A stretch of DNA of 64,000 bases, taken from Azolla caroliniana (taxonomy: Eukaryota > Plantae > Polypodiophyta). The position numbers and the translations under genes were made by a program. Positions 48,270 through 62,713 of the stretch are shown here, piece by piece. The notes below the pieces were generated by a model, which was not told where the DNA came from, made no database searches, and saw only the letters and a list, made by a program, of their open reading frames with translations. The stretch spans positions 10,850,001-10,914,000 of the forward strand of contig JBHGNT010000018.1 in assembly GCA_043228905.1 (NCBI GenBank), given 5' to 3'. Each line of letters begins with the position of its first letter. The first letter of the stretch is position 1.

Positions 48270-49258
48270 TGTCGTGAAGATCCGTCACTATGCGCGGATC
48301 GTGAGGCGGAACCACCGGGGTTCTGGACCGGAAGAATTCGAAGTACTCACAAGCTTTAGCGAGAAAGGAATTAAGATAGATTGAAAGAGAGAGAGAGATT
48401 AAGATAAGATACAATGCTTGATTTTAGATTGAGAGAGAGATTAAGATTGAACTCTTGACTTTAGATTTGAAGAACAAAGTATATCATCAAAAGGATAACG
48501 AATTTTCTTCTTAATATTAATTTTGATATAAAGTACAAAGCTCTTGATAAGAACTTTACATTACAAAAAACCCCTCTTTTATAGATGCCCTCATGCATTT
48601 GAGGGTTCAAGACATGCATAAAATGCATGTTTGCCATTTGGCGCTCATGTATTACATGTGGTGCATGATAACCACGTCACTCATTTTAGCTCTCATGTAT
48701 GAGAATTTACATGTAAAGTTATAATGATAAAAATATTATTTCAAGAAAATGTCTTGGCTTAGTGGTAAACTTATAGACTCTCAACTTGGAGGTGCAAGGT
48801 TCAAATCCACACTTGTACTCCTTGTGCATATATATATGTTTATACATATATTTATTTATTTATATTTATTCGGTCACCGAGTCTCGGTTCCGTTGCGGGA
48901 TGCCGGTTACGTTGCTGGCCCGGTTTTGGTTGGGTAAAACCTTTGCAAGTAGCCAAGCCACACCCATTCATCCAATAGCTTAGTTCAAGTCACCTTGAAC
49001 TCTCTATGCTCCACACATAGACACAAAGATAATAGCTTTTGCTCTACCTTATATATGGTGAGATCTTTATTTCCTATCTATGTGGGATATCTCATAGTTT
49101 TATCTTTCTCTTCTTCCTTCTCATACTTCACTCCCACATAACTTGTCACTTAGATGTCCGTTTTTTATGTGGTAAAGCACATTTGAAAGCTCTTGAAGAC
49201 CTCCATCTTTTTGTAGTTTTATTTGTTTTTCACACCATTGCCGAAAATCTTCACGACA
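48270..49258 (-). mobile_element. Solo LTR, Gypsy-like, related to the 7033-14113 LTRs
   Basis: 12-bp terminal inverted repeat TGTCGTGAAGAT...ATCTTCACGACA. Flanks GCGT/GCGC (4-bp TSD with one change). Interrupts the Copia RNase H at DGA|VTIWCDN. Confidence 0.85.
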
Positions 49259-52200
49259 GCGCCATCTATATACTCTCCCAAATCAGAAAGCAATCTTCTA
49301 ATCCATACCTCTTCACAGGTAGCTATTGCAGCTCCCCTATATCCAACTCTAGTACTTGATAGTGCAACGATAGCTTGTTTCTTGCTACTCCATGAAATAG
49401 TTGTACTTCCCAATGAAAAAATATATCCACTTGTGGATCTTCTGTCAGTTTGGCTTCCAGCCCAATCAACATCTGTATATCCTTCTAGCTTTATGTCCAA
49501 ATCAGCCCTGTAAAATAGTCCATAATTTTGAGTAGCTTTTACATACCTCAAAATTTTTCTTATGCAATCCAAATGTGGCTTTGTTGGCTGTTGCATAAAC
49601 TGGATGACTAATCCAACAACATAACTCAAATCAGGTCTTGTTATAGTCAAATATGTGAGGTTGCCCACCATAGACCTGTACATGTTTACATCTTCTATTT
49701 TGGTTCCCAAATCAACACTCAATTTGTAGTTCTTATCTAGTGGTACACCAATAGGTTTCCATCCAAGCATACCATACTTCTTCAACATAGTTGTTGCATA
49801 CTGTTTTTGCAACATATATATACCACTTTCTGATCTGATCATCTCAATGCCAAGAAAATATCTCCGCTCTCCCAAATCCTTCATATGATGATCAATGCCA
49901 AGAAAGTATCTCAACTCTCCCAAATCCTTCATATGAAATTGCATTTCCAGATTTTTTTCAGCTTTCTTATTTAATCCATGGAATCACCTCCAATGATTAA
50001 GTCATCAACATATATCAAGATAACAACAATGCAATCATTTATCTTCTTTACATATAATGATGGATCAACCTTTGACATTTTTAAAGCAAATTTTTTCAGA
50101 GATTTTGAAAGTTCTTTATGCCATGCCCTTGGTGCTTGTTTCAATCCATAGAGAGCCTTTTTCAGCCTACATACATATTCTGGATGCTTCTTATCTTCAA
50201 AATCTGGTGGTTGACACATATACACTTCTTCTTCTAAGTTACCATGCAAAAAAGCATTTTTTACATCCATATGGTGCAACACCAATCTTTTGGTTGCACT
50301 CACAACAAGTAGTGTTCTCAATGTTGCCATCTTTGCAACCGGTGCAAATGTTTTATCATAGTCAATTCCTTGCATCTAGGCATATCCCTTTTCCACAAGT
50401 CTTGCTTTATGTCTACTTACATTCCCATTGGAATCATGCTTTGTTTTGTAGACCCATTTGCAACCTACAACATTTTTTTCTTTCGGTAACTTCACCAAAT
50501 CCCATGTTCTGTTTTCAGCCAATGCATCTATTTCTTCTTGCATTGCATTCACCCATATTTTCTCAGCTTTTGCTTCATCAAAGTTGTTTGGATGAGGGAT
50601 TTGTACCACTTTAGACATGTATGGATAATGCATAGCCATATACGTATCATAACCAAATCTTTTAACAATCTTTTTCTCTCTATCTGATCTTCTCAGTTTC
50701 TGATTTGCATCTTTCATTGCCCTTTCCATACCAAGGATTTTCAGGGATCCTATACCAAGCTCATCATCCAATGATGTATCTGAATCTACATCTTCCATGT
50801 TTCTAGATCCATCATCATATTCTGGCATCTTCTATTTTCCCTTTCTGTCAGCATATTTTTTCCGTCTTTCATTCTTTCCACTCCAAGCATTACATTCAGA
50901 TTTACTACTTGACCTTCCAGATGGTCCAGTACATTATATTGATGTGGAACTTTGCTGTCCAACATTGTTTCCATCTCTTTGGTTATCTCTTACATTTTCA
51001 GATTTATCCCTGTCTTATTTTTCATTGTCTTCATAAGTTTCTACATTTTGTTTTGGGTTGTACCAACTGCCCAACTCATCAAATATTACATCCCGACTTA
51101 CCACAATCTTTTTTGTCAAAGGGTTATAACATCTATACCCTTTTTGCTCCTCTGAATATCCAACAAGAACACATTTTTCAGCTTTTGTATCAAGCTTACT
51201 TCTTACTTCAGCAGGTACATGAACATAGGCAAGGCATCCAAACACTTTTAAGTGTCCTAAACTAGGTTTCCTTCCATAGAAACATTCTTCAGGAGTACCT
51301 TCATGTACTCCAGATGTTATACATCTATTTAGAATAAAGTTTGTTGTGTTTACACCTTCTGCCCAATAATTCAATGGCACATTCTTTTCAGTCATCATGG
51401 CTCTTGCTATGTTCACCAGAGTTTTGGTTTTTCTCTCAACAACTCCATTTTGCTATGGAGTATATCTACATGTGAACTGTCTTCTTATTCCTTGATTGCA
51501 TAGAAAATCAGAAAATTCATTTGAGGAGTACTCTCCTCCTCCATAAGATCTTAAGCATTTTATTCTAGTTCCGGCCTACTTTTCTACCATGCATTTAAAC
51601 TTACGAAAACAATTAAATACTTCACTTTTTTCTTTCATGAAGTAAACCCATGTTTTCCTTGAGCAATCATCAATAAATGTTACATAAAACTTACGTCCAC
51701 TAATTGATGCATTTTTTGTTGGTCCCCATACATATGTATGTACCAAATCCAACAAATTTTTGCTTACATGTCTTTTATGAGGGAAAGGCAACCTGTTTTG
51801 CTTTCCATATTGACATGCTTCACATATTTTGCTCATCTCACAGTCTTTGAGCTTAGGCAATCCAACCAGTGCATTTTCCCTCAACATATTTTTCAAGGTT
51901 TGCATACTTATGTGGCCGATTCTTTTATGCCACATTTCCACATCTGAGATTACACTGATTCCTTCTGCAAACATGGTTGTAATCTTTTTAGGCATATCCA
52001 CATGTAACATAAACAGTCTTCCTTGACGTTTTCCTTTTGCAATAAGCTTTCCCTGTTTCTCTATAAAGCATCCACTTTGCATAAACTTAACTTGCATTCC
52101 TTGCTCCATTATCTGTCCAACAGAAATCAGATTTTTTGCAAGGTTTGGCACATGCATAACATTCAACATATATTTTGTTTTTCCTTTTTCTTCCCACAAT

Positions 52201-52282
52201 GGGATATCTCCAACATGCTCTATTTGGTGAGTAGTATTATCACATGTCTGTACATAACCAGGAATCTCTGGTTCTCTTAGAC

Positions 52283-55200
52283 TGTAGAGAATATGCAGAA
52301 TAATCTTCGGCCACAACCGAGACTTAGATCACTTAATGATAATCAAACACAAAAGAAATGAGAAATGGAAGTAAGTACACAAACAAAAGAGAATGCATAG
52401 GATGGTAATGTGGAAAACCCTAAACGGGAAAAACCACGGGAGCCTACAGACTCCGAACTATCACTATGTAAGGAGAATACAATAGGGGAACACGAAGGCA
52501 ACGACCTCGTGCTCACAATCTTTACATGGCGGCGGTTACAACAGAGACTCTCTCTCTCTCTCTCTCTACTACGCTCTGTACAACAATTACACCAATAACA
52601 CTCTACAAAATAATGACAACACAATGAAACTCATTGACACTTTGTTTGCCCTAGGTCATATTTATACTAATATGACATTAGGACTATTTACAGATATAGC
52701 CCCAATGGGCTCTCAGAAACATATTTCCATATCATAGATTGATCCATGCGTAATATTCGTGGTATTCTACACCCGCAATATTCGCTATATTCGAGAATAT
52801 AAAACGGCCCCAAGAATATTATAAAACCATTCGTTTAGATGTATACATACATACATACATACATATATGTGTATACACACATATCACTCATATATGTATA
52901 TACACAAATACATCAATAATTAATTAACTCACTACTATAATAATTAATTAGTTCACTAATACATTAATTGATTCACTAATGCATTAATTGATTCAATAAT
53001 ACATTAATTGATTCACTAATACATTAATTAATTTACTAATACATATCTTAATTCATTCAAAAATATTAGTTATTAAGTTAATTAATTAATAATCAATTAA
53101 TTAGGGCTTCTACTAAACTTAGGGTTTTAGTGAGAGCGTGAGTTGAGGACGTAGGGTTTCAGTGAGAACAGGATGTAGGATTAGAATAGAACATGAGAGG
53201 GAGTTGAGGATGCGGGCTCAAAAGAAAGTACTACTGTCTAAATTAGGTTTATGACAGAAATTAGGGTTTTCAGCCGAAACCCTAATTTTCTGGCCGAGAA
53301 CAAGATGTAGAGGGAAGTGAGGGCGGACAGGGAGTAGGGTGAGGCTTCCTCACTCGCTGCTCGCCGTTCGTTCACTCGCTCAGATGAAGAAAGAATGTTT
53401 TTTATTTTTTATTTAAAAAATTCAAAAAAAAAAGAAAACGAATATATTTATATGTATTCGTATTCCTATTCGTATGGATTCGTGGGGTAGGCCCCACGAA
53501 TGCGAATATTTCAATCTATGTTCCATATATGTCACTTTATCCAGTGAGAGGTTCTCACCGGGCTTGCGTCATCCGGTTCTCACCGGCTCTTCCTTATCGG
53601 GTACTCATCATCCGATTCTCACTGGGTCTGCATCATCCGGTTCTCACCGGGCCTTCATCATCCCATTCGGAGGGACCGAGATCCTAACAAACTCCCCCTT
53701 CACTCCGGCATGGGATGCCTCGTAAATCCGATCCTCACCGGGTCTGCATCATCCGATTCTCACCGGGCCTTCATCATCCGATTCTCACCGGGCCTTCATC
53801 ATCCCATCCGGAGGGACCGAGATCCTAACAAACTCCCCCTTCACTCCGGCATGGGATGCCTCATCAATCCGATCCTCTTCCTGCATGCATCTAGCTTGTC
53901 GGATGTCAGCACTTTGGTCAACATATTCGACCCGTTCTCCTTCGTGTTGATCTTTGTCAGCACGAACTCTCAATCTTCTACTCGCTCCCGGATCCAGTGG
54001 TACCTGCGTTGGATGTGCTTCGTCTGGGAATGGTAGGCCGCGTTCTTTGCAAGGTGGATGACACTCTGACTGTTGCAGTAGAGCTGGTATTCCTCTTGCC
54101 AGATCCCTAACTCTCCGATGAAGTCCTTCATCCATAATATTTGCTTGCCGACTTCCATGGCTGCCATGTACTCCGCCTCCGTGGTTGACTACGCAACCGT
54201 CTTCTGCAGCCTCGACTACCACAAAACAACTCCCCCTGCATATGTCATAACATATCCCGATGTTGACCGGTTGGTATCCGCATCAACCGACATATTCGAG
54301 TCGGTGAAACCGTCAAGTTGGGGTTTACTAGAGCCGAATTGGAGACACATACTTGAGGTGCCTTTCAAGTATCAGAGTATCCATTTTACCGCATTCCAGT
54401 GCTCCTTGTGGGGATTGCTCATAAACCGGCTCACCACTTTGATTGCATATTCGATATCCGGTCAGGTACAGACCATTGTGTACATTAAGCTCCCGACGAC
54501 AGAGGCATATGGTATCTTCATCATATCCGCCTTCTCTGCCTTCGTCTTCGGGCTTTGCTTACCGAATAACCTGTAGTTTGTTGGGAGTGTCGATCCGACC
54601 GGTTTCGCATCTGACATGTTGAACCGCTGAAGCACCTTTGTCACGTACTTCTCCTGTGAGCCACAATTGCTTCTTTGACCGGTCCCGGATGATATGCATC
54701 CCCAATAACTGTCTTGCCGAACCCAAGTCTTTCATTGAGAAGGTCCGGTTCAGGGCCTTCTTCAGCATTCGTATCTTGACTTGGTCTCGTCCGAAGATCA
54801 ACATGTCGTCCACGTATAGGAGGAGTATTAGGAAGTCTCCATCTTCAAACTTCTTCACCAACATGCAGTGATCGGCCTGCGTCTTGTGGTATCCTTGATC
54901 CATCATGAAGGAGTCGAACTTCCGGTACCATTGTCGGGGGGCCTGCTTCAAACCGTAGAGGCTCTTCTTCAACCCGCAAACCAGGTGCTCCTTCCCTTTC
55001 TTCACAAATCCCTCTGGTTGCTGCATGTAGATCTCCTCTTCGAGGTCACCGTGGAGGAATGCCGTCTTCATGTCTAACTGCTCTACCTTGAGGTCCATGC
55101 TCGCCGCTATGCTCAGCACCATCCGGATGGAAGTCATCTTTACTACCGGGGCAAATATCTTGTCGAAGTCCACTCCCTTCTTCTGCTGGAACCCCTTCAC

Positions 55201-58200
55201 CACGATCCTGGCTTTGTAGCTTGGGGGGTTGCCGGCATCTCCCGGTTTCAACTTGTACACCCACTTATTCCGGAGTGCCCGCTTTCCTTTCGACAACTCC
55301 ACCAATTCATACGTGTGGTTCTCATGCAGGGAATCCATCTCATCCTGCATGGCACTCAACCATTTGCGGCTGTGGGTGTCCTCCTTTGCTTCTTCGAAGC
55401 TTTCCGGCTCCCCCTCATCTGTTAGCAACACCCGCTCTGCATCCGGAAATCTCTGGGGGGCCCTTCTCTCTTTGAGAGGATATCTGCGTCTTTGGTTTCC
55501 GACAACCGGCTCCTCTGTTTGTTCTTCATCCGAATCCGATTCGGGATCTTGGCCGGTTCCGGTTCCTGATTCCTCTTCTTCTTCTGCCGGTTCAGTATCC
55601 TCACCGTAATCGGCCGGTTCTTCGAGTGTCAATTGGCTCTTAGCCGGGTAGGTCCGAATCTCATCGAACCGATCCTTACTAGTCGACTTGGAGTTCATTA
55701 TCTTCTTCTTCGACTCCCAATCAGCAAGCGTCTTGTCCTCCATGAAGATAATATCTCGACTCCGGAACACCTTCTTGTTGACGGGGTTCCACACTCGGTA
55801 GCCGAACTCATCATCGCCGTATCCGAGGAATATGCAAGGCCGAGACTTTGGATCCAACTTTGCTCTCCGGTCCTTTGCCGCATGCAAGTAAGTGAGACAC
55901 CTGAACACCTTCAGGTGCTGGTAAGACACTTCCTTACCGGTTCATACTCTCTGTGGCGTGTCTCCGTCCAAGGGCACTGAGGGTGATCTGTTTATCACAT
56001 ACGTCGCTGTCGACAGCGCCTCAGCCCAAAATGTCTTGGGTAGCTTAGCATGTGCTAGTATACTTTGGACCCTCTCCATTATGGTCTGGTTCATCCTCTC
56101 GGCCAATCCGTTTAGTTTTGGTGTCTTCGGCATGGTAAATTCGAGCCGGATTCCCTTAGAGCGGCAATACTCCTCAAACTGCCCTCGGTATTCTCCTCCG
56201 TTATCTTGCTCGAACCGCCTTCAGCTTCCAGCCGGTTTCTCTTTCCACTCTGGCGTGGAGCTCCTTGAAGACGGATAACACTTGATCCTTCGTCTTCAAC
56301 GGCGAGACCCACAACTTCTAGTTGTGCTCATCTATGAACGTCACGTAGTACTGCGATCCGGCATATGACTTCGTGTGCACTTGACACACATCGGTATGCA
56401 CAAGCTCTAGTGGTGCATTATGTCTCATCGGTGGCCTTGAGCGGAAGGAGGTCCGGTTTTGCTTACCGGCCAGGTAGTCAGTGCACTTCTCAAGATGCAC
56501 GTCTTTTTACCAGAATGAGGTTGTCGTCGGCAAGACTCTTCATCCCCTTCTCGCTCATGTGTCACAGTCTCTTGTGCCACAACTCATCGGCAGTGTCAGA
56601 TGCAACGTTCACTTCTTCCCGTCATAATCGGGCATTCGTTAGGTACAGAGTGTTGACTTTCCAAGCCCAAGCCACTATTAGGCTCCCTTTGCTGAACTTC
56701 ATGACTCCGTTCTAGATGCTACCCGTGTAGCCTTCATCGTCTAGCCGATCGGCTGATATTAGGTTCAGTCAAACCTCCGGAACGTGTTGAACATCCTTCA
56801 GCAGCAACTTGCATCCGGTTGGTGTTGTCAACCACACGTCTCTTATGCCGACAATTCGGCATGTACCTTCATTCCCCATCCGGACACAACCGTGCTCATC
56901 GGCTGTGTAGGATGAGAAGCATTTCCAGTCTGGGGTCAGGTGGAACGATGCTCTGGAATCGACAACCCACGTTGTCTCGTCGCCGGCAAGGTTCAACTCA
57001 CTCTCCTCGGTGATGAGCATAAACTCTTCTTCACTTCCCGCGATTGCCATCGTTCCCTTCCGGTCCGGTCCCCTCCGGTCTTTACCGTTCCGGTCCGGTG
57101 ACCGCTTCGAATCGGTACTGTCGGTTTCCTTGTCTTTCCGGAAATGCCGACAGTTCTTCTGGAAGTGTCCCGGGTTGCCGCAATAGAAGCCAGTAGGCCT
57201 CCCCCTTGACTTTGACCGTGTCTCCGACTTTTCCCGGTTTTGGGGACTCCGGTTTCTTTGTCTTCCATGTTCCGATTCAGTAAGGAGCGCTTTGGGGTCG
57301 GAGATCACCTCCTTGTCTTTCCGACACGCCTCCCCATCTAGCAAGCTCGACTTGACTCTTGCTAGGGATAACTGTTTTCCTTCCGGCCCGGCGTTGCCCA
57401 AAGTGACAACTAACGTCTCCTAGCTATCCGGGAGGGAACCGAGCAGGAGTAATGCTAGTACCTCATCGGCGAGAGGTACTTCCAACGATGTTGCCTGGTG
57501 TATCAGCCCCTAGAAGGCATTCATGTGCTCCGCCATACTGGAGCCATCTTGGTATCAGAGTCTTACTAGCTTCCGGAATACCAAAACCCGATTAACAACA
57601 TTTTTGTTCTGAAACATAATGTCGATCTTCTTCCAGAGCTCATGAGCCTTGCTCTCTTCATTGAAGTTGTTGTACAGGCTCATGTCGATGAAGCACCGTA
57701 TGTACGCTGTTGTCTTCATGTGCATCACCTCCCATATCGTGGCATCGATCTTGTCCGGTCTCTTGTCCCCAAACTGAACCGGCAACCAAAGATCTTTGAC
57801 CACGAGCATGTCCCTCATCTTCGACTTCCACACTGAGTAGTTAGAGTCGGTGAGCTTGAACATGCCTCCCAACAAATCTTCCATTTTTTTTGTGTCGTTT
57901 CGCTCTAATACCATATTGTAGAGAATATGCGGAATAATCTTCGGCCACAACCGAGACTTAGATCACTTAATGATAATCAAACACAGAAGAAAGGAGAAAT
58001 GGAAGTAAGTACACAAACAGAAGAGAATGCACAAGATGTTACTGTGGAAAACCCTAAATGGGAAAAACCACGGGAGCCCACAGACTCCGAACTATCACTA
58101 TGTAAGGAGAATACAACAGGGGAACACAGAGGCAACGACCTCGTGCTCACAATCTTCACCTGGCGGCGGTTACAACAGAGACTCACTCTGTCTATCTATC

Positions 58201-58541
58201 TGTCTTTCTCTCTCTACTACGCACTGTACAACAGTTACACCAATAACACTCTACAAAATAATGACAACACAATGATACTCATTGACACTTTGTTTGCCCT
58301 AGGTCATATTTATAATAATATAACATTAGGACTATTTACAGATATAACCCCAATGGGCTCTTAGAAACATATTTCCATATATGTCCCTTCATCTAGTGAG
58401 AGGTTCTCACTGGGCCTGCGTCATCCGGTTCTCACTGGGTCTTCCTTATCGGGTACTCATCATCCGGTTCTCACCGAGTCTGCATCATCTGGTTCTCACC
58501 GGGCCTTCATCATCCCATCCGGAGGGACCGAGATCCTAACA
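52283..58541 (-). mobile_element. Full-length degenerate Ty1/Copia element
   Basis: LTRs 52283-53689 (with MITE) and 57917-58541; TSD TAGAC; PBS TGGTATTAGAGC; gag-PR-IN-RT-RH order with stops and frameshifts. Confidence 0.95.
52733..53520. mobile_element. Non-autonomous hAT-type element (MITE) in the Copia 3' LTR
   Basis: 8-bp TSD TTCCATAT (52725-52732 / 53521-53528); TIR CATAGATTGA/TCAATCTATG; subterminal TATTCG motifs; absent from the partner LTR. Confidence 0.9.
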
Positions 58542-61405
58542 TAGACTTTCAAACTAGTCTACATGTCCTGTCATATGCTTAGATGCCCCAGAATATACAT
58601 ACCACATAACCTCTTCATTGCATCTCTGTGAACATTCAACCACTGCGGTTGTTTCATGTTGCATCACAAATGCACAATCTTTATCACAATCTTCACTAGT
58701 TGAAGCATATTTATTTTGCTGTCTCTTCCCTCTTTTTCATCATTTTGCTTTTTGTAGCATTCAACCTGTGTATGGTCTGGTTTTCCACAATACCAACATG
58801 CATCATCATTCAAATAGGTTTGCTTACCTCTACATCGATTGCTCCCCGTGGCTCTGATGTTGTTTCTTCCACTTACAGCCTGTTGTCCTCTTCCTTGATA
58901 ATTATTGTTGGTTCTAGCTAAACCAAATCTTCCATGGCCACTTCCTCGGCCTCTTCCAACACTATTGTAGAGGGCTTGCCCCTCAGTCTCAGAGTTTCCT
59001 TTGTTTACATCATCCATCTAATTTCTTTCTTCCACTACAAGCATTGAAACCAGATCTGGAAAACTTGGGATGCTATCCCTTGTGAGAATAGATGTTTTGA
59101 AGCTTTTATATTGAGGTCCTAAGCCTCTTAAGCATATTTCCACCTTATCATCATCTTCTACCTTCACATTGATAGAAGCAAGTGATTCACATATGCTCTT
59201 TATTTTCAGAGCATACTCATTCACTGACATCTTACCTTTTTCCAAGGTATTTAGCTCAGTCTTCAACTCAAGCTTTCTAGCCTTTGTGTTCACTGCAAAC
59301 AGTTTTACTAAACTGTCCCAAGCTTCTTTTGGAAGCATAGCATCCTATATGTGTCCAAGCATCGAATCTGAGATGCTAAGTGAGAGCCAATGCAATACCT
59401 TTCTTGCTCCTTGATTCCATTCCTTAAATGCTTTAATCTATGCAGCAATTGCATTTTCTTCAGGGATCTTTGGAGCCTCTTCTAGGTCTCCTTCAATGTA
59501 ATCCCAGTATCCTTTTCCCATCAGGAAATTTGTCATTCCAAATTTCCATGCTGGGAAATTGTTTTTATCCAACTTTTCTGTGACTATTTGGCTTCCACTT
59601 TCTATGGCCATTTTCTCTTTCAAATTAGGGCTTTTGCTACAATTACTTCAACAAACAAATCTCTGAATCAGATTAGCAAACAATGAGACAACCTTTCTCA
59701 GATCTGTACTGTTCTAATCTTCTTTATGAGCAACTCAGCTCTGATACCATGTTACGACGGCACTACGGCTCTTTTGTGTGCACAATGGATCGTGATGTGC
59801 TGGATCGTTTAGTGCTCAAGACAGAAAGGAAGGGGGAAGGAGACTTACCTCTGTGTAACAAACCAAAAAGCTTCTATTCCATTACACGCAGAGCTCAACT
59901 TGATCTCATTAGTTTTTCTGTTTTCTATTTTTCTTCTCCCACTCTTGCAACTTACTCAGTTTTCTACTTACTACACTTACTTTTTACCTAAGTACATAAG
60001 TGACTTATATATGCAGCTAATTAGCTGCTAGTAGCTAATTACCTGTCTGTAGCTAAATAGTTGTCAGTGACTAAATAGCTGTTTCACCTTTATGTCCACT
60101 AGTAGCTAATTAGCTAATAGCTACTATAGCTTATTTCTCAATAAGCATCACATACCTTTGTTGAGCTTGCTTCTCAACAAGCCCAAACCGGCCTTGTAAA
60201 TTGTGCTTGAAATTAAGATAGCAAATCCAAATAACACAAATAGATGCTTGAACATAGTAGACCCATAGAGATAGATATATTAATAGATTCAGATGCAACG
60301 GTTACACGGCTCACGACCGGAGTTCTATTCTCAAACAATTAGACATATAACAGTAATCATGTCTAGACTAGTGTATATCTCCCTCTCCCTCTGTTCTGCT
60401 CCTCGTTTTATTGCTTTCATTTCTCCTTGGTGCAGTTCAGTCAGTCCTTTCTTCTCCACCTTCATTCTCGGTTGTACGTATCTTGTTACCTTCCTCACTC
60501 TTGGTTGTCATTTTTCACCTAGTTTACCTACTCGTATCTTTAGATTTGTTTCACATTGTATCCCTTTTGTCCCACGGATAACACTTGGCACACCCGTGGG
60601 ACAGTGCTTTCGCATGTCGAACCCCAAAATCGAAATGGAAATGTAAAGTTGAAAAGGAATCGTGATGGAACTCCACTGTACACTCAATTTCTTCAAAAAT
60701 GTCGAGGATGTCCTCAAAAGGTGGCAACACGATCGTCTCCTCGGTCGTGGGCGTTATATTGGCCATGTTGTCCAGTGGAGGTGTCGGCTCGTCATGTGGA
60801 ATTTGCTTGGTGTCTTTCGAAGCCGAAACATCGAGCTGTCGTTGGGTTGCTTTCATCGTAGTTGGTGGGGTGGAGGCCTCATGTTCTGTGCTCTGCCCAT
60901 GCGCTTGGTTTGGTGGCATCCCTGTCTCTGCTTCGTTCGTCTATCCTTGGGCAGCTTCCTTGAATGCACGTTCGGTTTCTATCATTAGCAACAACGGGTC
61001 GTCATTGAATTCCTCAAGGAGGTTTCCGATTGCCGTGGTGTGCGTGCTTTCCAAGGCTTGGAAATTAACGGTGAGGTCTTCCTGTAGGACCTGGATGCCG
61101 CTTTCATCAATCTTATAAAATCTGTGACCCTTTTTTTTGCAGTTTTCGGCGTCGGCTCGAAAATATTGCAATTCGGTTGCTTGGACCGACCATTCTTTCC
61201 ACCCATGGGCTAGTCTAGTGTCCTTGACGTTTTGATTAAGATCTGATCGATGTTTTAGGACGAGGACTCAGATGCATGTTTCGATCATTTCATCATTAGC
61301 CCGTACGGGTTCCAGTACTTCTTTTTCTAGCTTGGCCTCTATCTGTGATTGGATTTTGGCGATTTCATACGACTTGGGGACTGTGCTCAGTTTTAAATCA
61401 AATAT

Positions 61406-61478
61406 GCGCTCATGGCCTAATGGAAAAGGCACTCAACTACTAATCAAGGGATTGCGGGTTCAAGTCCAATCGGACGTG
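61406..61478 (+). pseudogene. Degenerate tRNA-Arg-like copy
   Basis: A box TGGCCTAATGG and B box GGTTCAAGTCC present; anticodon loop mutated (CTACTAA); stems broken. Confidence 0.7.
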
Positions 61479-62640
61479 CCTAATTGTGTTGTCCCTATCT
61501 CGGAGATAACACCTTTGATTACATCTAAGGTAATCAGGTTGTGGTATGTACTGCTAACCGGAAACCCAGGAATGCTTTTCGGTTAGTTGATTTTCAAAAA
61601 CAGTCGGCCACAACCGGCCTTGCAAATTGTACTAGAAATTAAGATAGCAAATCGAAATAACAAACATAGATGCTTGAACCGGTTAGACCCACAAAGATAG
61701 ATATATTAATAGATTCAGATGCAAAGGTTACAGGGCTCACGAACGGAGTTCTATTCTCATACAGTGAGATAGATAAAAGTAATCATCTCTAGACTAGTGC
61801 ATATTTCCCTCTCCCTCTGATTTTGCTCCTCGTTTTATAGCTCCCCTTTCTGCTTGGCACGCTTCAGTCAATCCTTTCTATTCGACCTTCATTCTCGGTT
61901 GTCATTTTTAAACTACTTTACCTACTTATATTTTTAGATTCGTTTCATATCGTGTCCCTTTTCTCCCATGGATAACACTTGGCACTCCCATGGGACAGTG
62001 CCTTCGCACATTGAACCCCAAAATCGAAATGGAAACGTAACACGATCCTCTCCACGGTCGTGGGCACTATAGTGGCCGTGTTGTCGAGTGGAGGTGTCAG
62101 CTCGTCACGTGGAATATGCTCTGTGTATGGTGGCCGAAACGTCGGGCTGTTGTTTGGTTGCTTCCATTGTAGTTGGTGGGGTCGAGTCCTCCTGCTCTAT
62201 GGTCTACTCCTACGCTTGCTTTGGTGCCATCCCTGTGTTTGCGTCGTCATTGAATTTCTCAAGGAGGTTCCTTGATTGCTGTGGTGTGCGTGCTTGCAAG
62301 GGCTTGGAATTCATCGCTGAGGTCTTCCTGTAGGACTTGGATCATGCTTTCGTCCATCTCATAAAATACGCGACTCTTTTTTTTTCGGTTTAGCTCGAAA
62401 ATATCGCAATTCAGTTGCTTGGACGAACCATTCTTTCCACCCGTGGGTTAGAGTCTCCTCGACGTTTTGATTAAGCTTTGACCGACGTTGGAAGATGAGG
62501 GTTTAGATGCGTGATTTGATCATTTTATCATTAGCCCGTAGGGTTTCTAGTATTTCTTTTGCTAGCTTGGCCTCTATGTGTGATTGGAGTTTGGCGATTT
62601 TATACGACTTGGTGACCGTGCTCTATTTTAAATCTAATTC

Positions 62641-62713
62641 ACGCCTGTGGCGTAATGGATAAAGCACTTGACTTCTAATCAAGGGCTTGTGGGTTCGAGT
62701 CCCATCGGGCGTG
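62641..62713 (+). tRNA. tRNA-Arg(UCU)-like, best-preserved copy
   Basis: Acceptor ACGCCTG/CGGGCGT, anticodon stem CTTGA/TCAAG with loop CTTCTAA, T arm GTGGG-TTCGAGT-CCCAT. D stem imperfect; no immediate T-run terminator. Confidence 0.75.

Larger units (their letters stand above)
48022..60179 (-). mobile_element. Degenerate Copia (5' LTR 59750-60179; 3' end truncated) hosting two nested insertions
   Basis: PBS TGGTATCAGAGC (iMet) at 59738-59749; gag with CWYCGKPDHTQVEC; integrase, RT (IYVDDL) and RNase H ORF pieces at 48022-52282. Confidence 0.9.
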
